Source: a virus. Taken from it: DNA of 35,228 nt. A program made the position numbers and the translations under genes. This document shows positions 32,144 to 35,228 of the stretch, one piece after another. The notes beneath the pieces were generated by a model that saw only the letters and a list, made by a program, of their open reading frames with translations, was not told where the DNA came from and searched no databases. The DNA is taken from IMG/VR virus record IMGVR_UViG_3300045988_093613; one strand, given 5' to 3'. The first letter of the stretch is position 1. Each line of letters starts with the position of its first letter.

Positions 32144-32219
32144 TGGCATACGCGGTTGGCTTCGATCCAACGACCTGCGGTTTTGGAGACCGCTGCTCTA
32201 CCGGCTGAGCTACGCGCAT
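32144..32219 (-). tRNA. tRNA-Trp: tRNA-Trp (anticodon CCA), CCA end encoded
   Basis: ATGCGCG-TA-GCTC-AGCCGGTA-GAGC-A-GCGGT-CTCCAAA-ACCGC-AGGTC-GTTGG-ATCGAAG-CCAAC-CGCGTAT-G-CCA. All four stems pair. A1-U72 and G73 are as in bacterial tRNA-Trp. The T-loop begins with A instead of T. Confidence 0.85.
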
Positions 32220-32350
32220 AGGTGGTCATGTCGGTTGATTGCCATGGCACATGACCGTGTGTGATGGGCATGAGTAAAGCCCCTGAGATATGTATTCCAG
32301 AGGCTTTCACAGTAATCCTGATACGGAGTATACCACGGGTCGGTGTCAAC

Positions 32351-33127
32351 CTACTGCCGCCTGGAATACGCCATCGCCATGCTGACCGTCTCCCTGATGT
32401 CGAACTCGTAGTATCCATCGTCTCCGACCGGTTTGCTCGAGGGGAGTTTGCCGCGCCGTAGCCAGTTCTTCACCGTCATGGCGGGCACGTCGAGCCCGTA
32501 GTCGTCGCGGAGCCATTGGCTGCATCCGGTGGGAGTGAGGGTCTTGTGGTACCGGTTCAGCGTGTCGGCGGCCTCGGCCTTGAGTTTGGCCACGTCGATG
32601 ACGGCCCCGCATTTGCAGAGTCTCAGCGTCTCGCCCTTCGCGGCCAGCACCTCTCGTCCGCATTCGGGGCAGACGCCGATTATCCTGCGTGTGCGCGGCC
32701 TGCGGTCGATGAGCGGTTCGATGCGCTCGCAGGCGTGGATGAGCCATGTCAGCCAATGTCCCGAGCGGCTGGCGCGGCATAGGTCGGGCAGTCGTCGTGG
32801 AGCGTCCCTGAGCAGGGCCTGCCATCTCGGACGGCTTTCCACGCCGGTCTCGTTCCACATGTCCTGCAGGCCGTCCTCGGTCTGGTCGAGCATGTCCTGC
32901 GCGTGGAGGTTGATGGGCGCGGGTGCCGCGCCTCCTTGCGGTTTGCCGCCCGCTCCGGGTTCGCCGAGCTTGTAGGCGTGAAGGGATACCTGTTGCAGGA
33001 GCATCATGTCATGGCGGAGCCGGTGGAGTGTTTTCGCGTAGACGCGGCGGCAGTCCCGGCAGAGCGTCCACGGTGCCTCGACCTGCTGGCTGCCGCAGTG
33101 TTGGCATGGTTCGGTTTGGATGATCAT
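32351..33127 (-). CDS. Double Zn-ribbon plus C-terminal MerR/Xis-like HTH protein (candidate late-gene regulator)
   Basis: CQHC...CRDC and CPECG...CKCG, then ...DVPAMTVKNWLRRGKLPS.... It is the last gene before the tRNA, HNH and packaging genes. Confidence 0.55.
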   Translation of the reverse strand: MIIQTEPCQHCGSQQVEAPWTLCRDCRRVYAKTLHRLRHDMMLLQQVSLHAYKLGEPGAGGKPQGGAAPAPINLHAQDMLDQTEDGLQDMWNETGVESRPRWQALLRDAPRRLPDLCRASRSGHWLTWLIHACERIEPLIDRRPRTRRIIGVCPECGREVLAAKGETLRLCKCGAVIDVAKLKAEAADTLNRYHKTLTPTGCSQWLRDDYGLDVPAMTVKNWLRRGKLPSSKPVGDDGYYEFDIRETVSMAMAYSRRQ

Positions 33128-33175
33128 TGTTTGAAGCCCTCCACGTTCGGCTATGATGGTGCTTTGGTGAGCGTG

Positions 33176-33211
33176 CCCTCCGTCATTTTGGTGGAGGGTT
33201 TCGTTTTATTT
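33176..33211 (+). terminator. Second plus-strand-oriented intrinsic terminator within the minus-strand array
   Basis: CCCTCC (33176-33181) / GGAGGG (33193-33198) with an 11-nt loop, followed by TTTCGTTTTATTT. Confidence 0.55.
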
Positions 33212-33222
33212 GGTATTGCGGG

Positions 33223-33408
33223 TCATTGCTCGAACAATGGAGGTTCGATGAATTCGACCTTGCGCGGCGGCTTCGGACGACCGTCGCCCTCGCGGATGAT
33301 CGCACGCACTTCCTCCAACGGAAGGCCCAATTGACGGGCCGTTTCCGTTGCGCTGTAGCCGCGCTTGTGCCATACGAGCACTTTGTCCCGTGTTTCCTGA
33401 CTCGTCAC
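33223..33408 (-). CDS. Small HTH protein (61 aa)
   Basis: GTG 33408 (GTGA overlap). ...VWHKRGYSATETARQLGLPLEEVRAIIRE... Confidence 0.5.
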   Translation of the reverse strand: MTSQETRDKVLVWHKRGYSATETARQLGLPLEEVRAIIREGDGRPKPPRKVEFIEPPLFEQ

Positions 33409-33677
33409 TGCACGCCTCCCGTCATTGGGTCGATAAGCTGGCAGCTCATGGCGTCGATGCGCCCATCGGTCTTGGCCTCGATGCACAAACGTTTCACGTC
33501 GCCTGTGGTTTCGATTCGTTGGCTGATGGTCTGCTCCGGCTGTACGGGTGTCTGCACGGAAGCCCAGCAGACGAAGCAGATGGCCGTCAGGCCGGACACC
33601 ACTAACAGGATCACAGTAGCGAGCATCGCTAACCCGACGAAATTCTCCAACGTCCAGTCCTTGAATGGTTTCCTCAT
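33405..33677 (-). CDS. Small membrane protein (90 aa)
   Basis: TM helix FVGLAMLATVILLVVSGLTAICFVCW. ATGA coupling. Confidence 0.5.
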   Translation of the reverse strand: MRKPFKDWTLENFVGLAMLATVILLVVSGLTAICFVCWASVQTPVQPEQTISQRIETTGDVKRLCIEAKTDGRIDAMSCQLIDPMTGGVQ

Positions 33678-33883
33678 GATTCCTCCTTGAGCGTGGCGAC
33701 ATATTCGATGGCCTTGCGCTCACGTTTCGCGTATTTCTCGCATTTGCGCTTGAGACGTTTGAGGCTCATGGCGTACAGGCGGCCTCGGAAGTCGCCGTCC
33801 TCGCGGATTTCGGCCTCGTACCGGCTTATGGTTGATGCCATGAATTGCGCGGTCAGATGGTTTGTAAGCTGAATCTCGTTCAT
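33674..33883 (-). CDS. Hypothetical protein (69 aa)
   Basis: Track ORF; ATGA coupling on both sides. Confidence 0.5.
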   Translation of the reverse strand: MNEIQLTNHLTAQFMASTISRYEAEIREDGDFRGRLYAMSLKRLKRKCEKYAKRERKAIEYVATLKEES

Positions 33884-33951
33884 GCGTTTTCCTTCCGGTA
33901 GGGGTTGTTGTCCTTGTACACGTGTTCCGCCTCACTGCTGATGATGCTCAT
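33880..33951 (-). CDS. Micro-ORF (23 aa) bridging two ATGA junctions
   Basis: MSIISSEAEHVYKDNNPYRKENA*. Confidence 0.3.
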   Translation of the reverse strand: MSIISSEAEHVYKDNNPYRKENA

Positions 33952-34193
33952 AGTCGGCCTCGTTCCTGGTTGTGGACGAGGCAGTCGTCCATGGCCTGAG
34001 CAAGTTCCTCGTCGGTGTGGTATCGGAGCCGCCAGTGACAGCGGTCGCAGTACCCGTCCCGGCGGATGTGCGTCTCGGTCTCGCCGCGCCCGCACTCCAC
34101 GCACCGGCGCTCGCCGTCACCCTCCGGCTCGGCCTCGTCGAGTGTGGGGTGCTCGCCGCGCCGGCAGCTGGCGATGTACTTGTCGATGCTCAT
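33948..34193 (-). CDS. Zn-ribbon protein (81 aa)
   Basis: Internal ATG 34193 (ATGA overlap). ...RRCVECGRGETETHIRRDGYCDRCHW... Confidence 0.5.
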   Translation of the reverse strand: MSIDKYIASCRRGEHPTLDEAEPEGDGERRCVECGRGETETHIRRDGYCDRCHWRLRYHTDEELAQAMDDCLVHNQERGRL

Positions 34194-34678
34194 GCCTGGC
34201 CTCCGATGATCGCGGGAGGCGTGGAACCAAGGTTGGACGGGGTGCCCGTGAATCGTCGCCGGTGCGGGTCGTGCCGTTGCCCCGTGTCCGTGGCCTCGAT
34301 GGCCAGTGGCGAACGTCCCTGCCGGATGCTGCGGGACGCCTCGCTGGGGCTGTCGCCCAGCATCCGCTGCCGCCGGTATGCCCACGCCTGTTCCGGCGTG
34401 AGTCGTCGCGTCTCGCATTCGCGGCCTATCTGCGCCTCCGAGGGTTTCGCCTCGTTGCGCATGCGGCGCACTATCGCGTTGATGTCGCCAGAGCCGCACC
34501 AGCGGCCGTCATGGTCCGAGGCATAGAAGCGTCGCATCGCCTCCCGCGCCTCGTCCGCGCTGATGCCCGGATTCAGTTCGCTGCGGAATGCGTCGAGCTG
34601 CAGGTCGTCCCACTGCGCGTTGCCGTGATGGCTGTTGCGCAGCGACAGCAGCGCCGCCGCCTCACCCTTGCTGAGCAT
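34190..34678 (-). CDS. Hypothetical replication-module protein (about 162 aa)
   Basis: Track ORF 34190..34687. ATG 34678 has better SD spacing (GGAGG-N8). Confidence 0.5.
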   Translation of the reverse strand: MLSKGEAAALLSLRNSHHGNAQWDDLQLDAFRSELNPGISADEAREAMRRFYASDHDGRWCGSGDINAIVRRMRNEAKPSEAQIGRECETRRLTPEQAWAYRRQRMLGDSPSEASRSIRQGRSPLAIEATDTGQRHDPHRRRFTGTPSNLGSTPPAIIGGQA

Positions 34679-35228
34679 TGTCGTCACCTCCGTGTCGTCG
34701 TTGGTATTCCGCCCGTTCGGCGGGTGTCATGTACGCCCATGTGCGGGCCATGTTCGCTTCGAGGTTTTCCTGCGATCGGCTCTTCGCCGGCCGTTCCAGG
34801 CTTCTCGGCGACGCCCTGGGCTTCGTCTCCTCCGGTTGTCTGACCCATTGGCGCGTGTAGAGCTCGCCCGAGATGAACCGGCCGAAGGTCTTGACGTACC
34901 GGGGTTCGGTCGCCTCGCAGTAGGCTCGGGCGCGGGCCTCGAGGAACGTGGCCGGGTCGTCGTCTCCTGCGGCCTTGGCGATCCTCGGCCAGTCGATCTC
35001 GAGCTGCATGCGCGTCCGGCTGGTTTTCCCGTCGAAGCGGTTCGGCGGGTAGAAGCCCTCGATGCGGTCGAGCAGCCGGTCGAAATCCGCTTCGTGGGGG
35101 GTAGGGGGGTAAGAAGATATATCTTCTTGGTTCTTGGTTCTTGGTTCTTGGTTAAAAGACGTGTCCGGGACACTCGCGATGTCCCCTAGGGACACGTCGG
35201 GGACATTCGCATCGTCCTTCGGGGACAC
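34662..35228 (-). CDS. Replisome organizer, C-terminal part (continuation of the gene starting at nt 399)
   Basis: The ORF is open to the window edge. Repeat-encoded VSPKDDANVPDVSLGDIASVPD, then ...HEADFDRLLDRIEGFYPPNRFDGKTSRTRMQLEIDWPRIA... Confidence 0.75.
   Translation of the reverse strand: MSPKDDANVPDVSLGDIASVPDTSFNQEPRTKNQEDISSYPPTPHEADFDRLLDRIEGFYPPNRFDGKTSRTRMQLEIDWPRIAKAAGDDDPATFLEARARAYCEATEPRYVKTFGRFISGELYTRQWVRQPEETKPRASPRSLERPAKSRSQENLEANMARTWAYMTPAERAEYQRRHGGDDNAQQG
35111..35153. repeat. Origin-associated 18-bp perfect AT-rich palindrome plus a 4x tandem heptamer
   Basis: AAGAAGATATATCTTCTT (35111-35128) and (CTTGGTT)x4 (35126-35153). Confidence 0.85.
35163..35228. repeat. Iteron units A (35163-35195) and B (35196-35228)
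   Basis: gtccgggacactcgcgatgtcccctagggacac / gtcggggacattcgcatcgtccttcggggacac. Unit A contains GGGACA-N7-TGTCCC. Unit B is identical to nt 1-33. Confidence 0.8.

Noticed and set aside
32344-32349. Perfect TTGACA hexamer upstream of the TATACT box near the tRNA, considered as a consensus -35/-10 promoter.
   Set aside because: The spacer is only 11 nt, too short for a -35/-10 pair. Only the extended -10 (TGgTATACT) is retained as a candidate.

Overview
The window is one complete, circularly permuted genome of a temperate siphovirus-type phage or excised prophage. The host is probably a high-GC Gram-positive (actinobacterial, Bifidobacterium-like gene order); that assignment is an inference. 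Nt 1-33 are identical to nt 35196-35228, and a replisome-organizer gene reads in frame across that junction, so the unit length is about 35,195 bp.

Nearly all genes are on the minus strand and are often coupled by ATGA, GTGA or TGATG overlaps. In transcription order they are:
- a divergent operator region (6399-6500), a 54-aa ORF, a cro-like HTH gene and small membrane proteins;
- a Xis-like HTH gene, YqaJ exonuclease, RecT, SSB and a PD-(D/E)xK resolvase;
- a replisome organizer with an embedded iteron origin, followed by small early genes;
- a Zn-ribbon/HTH regulator, tRNA-Trp and an HNH endonuclease;
- an AEP prim-pol-like gene, a PP-loop (PAPS-reductase-like) gene and a duplicated-domain protein;
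- four Ser/Arg-rich micro-ORFs;
- TerS, TerL, portal, minor head protein, scaffold, capsid, connectors and major tail protein;
- the G/G-T chaperone (CCCAAAC slip site), tape measure, Dit, Tal-like protein and tail fibre;
- holin, CHAP endolysin and attP.

The plus strand carries the lysogeny module: XRE repressor, KilA-N protein, ImmA protease, lipoprotein and a tyrosine integrase. A separate minus-strand moron of 325 aa lies between the lipoprotein and integrase genes.

Most interesting observations:
1. A Mu-G-segment/shufflon-like invertible C-terminus of the tail-fibre gene. It has a 12-bp perfect inverted repeat, an orphan in-frame cassette and an adjacent decayed tyrosine recombinase.
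2. Four consecutive paralogous basic micro-ORFs just upstream of the terminase. Three end in ...SRSSGS-stop and the fourth carries the same Ser/Arg motif at its N-terminus.
3. An AEP/PP-loop ATPase module wedged between the HNH and terminase genes.
4. Two plus-strand promoter-plus-terminator mini-units antisense to the leaders of two regulator genes.
5. Two genes interrupted by frameshifts, one at a G7 tract.

All functional calls rest on motifs read by eye. No database search was run.
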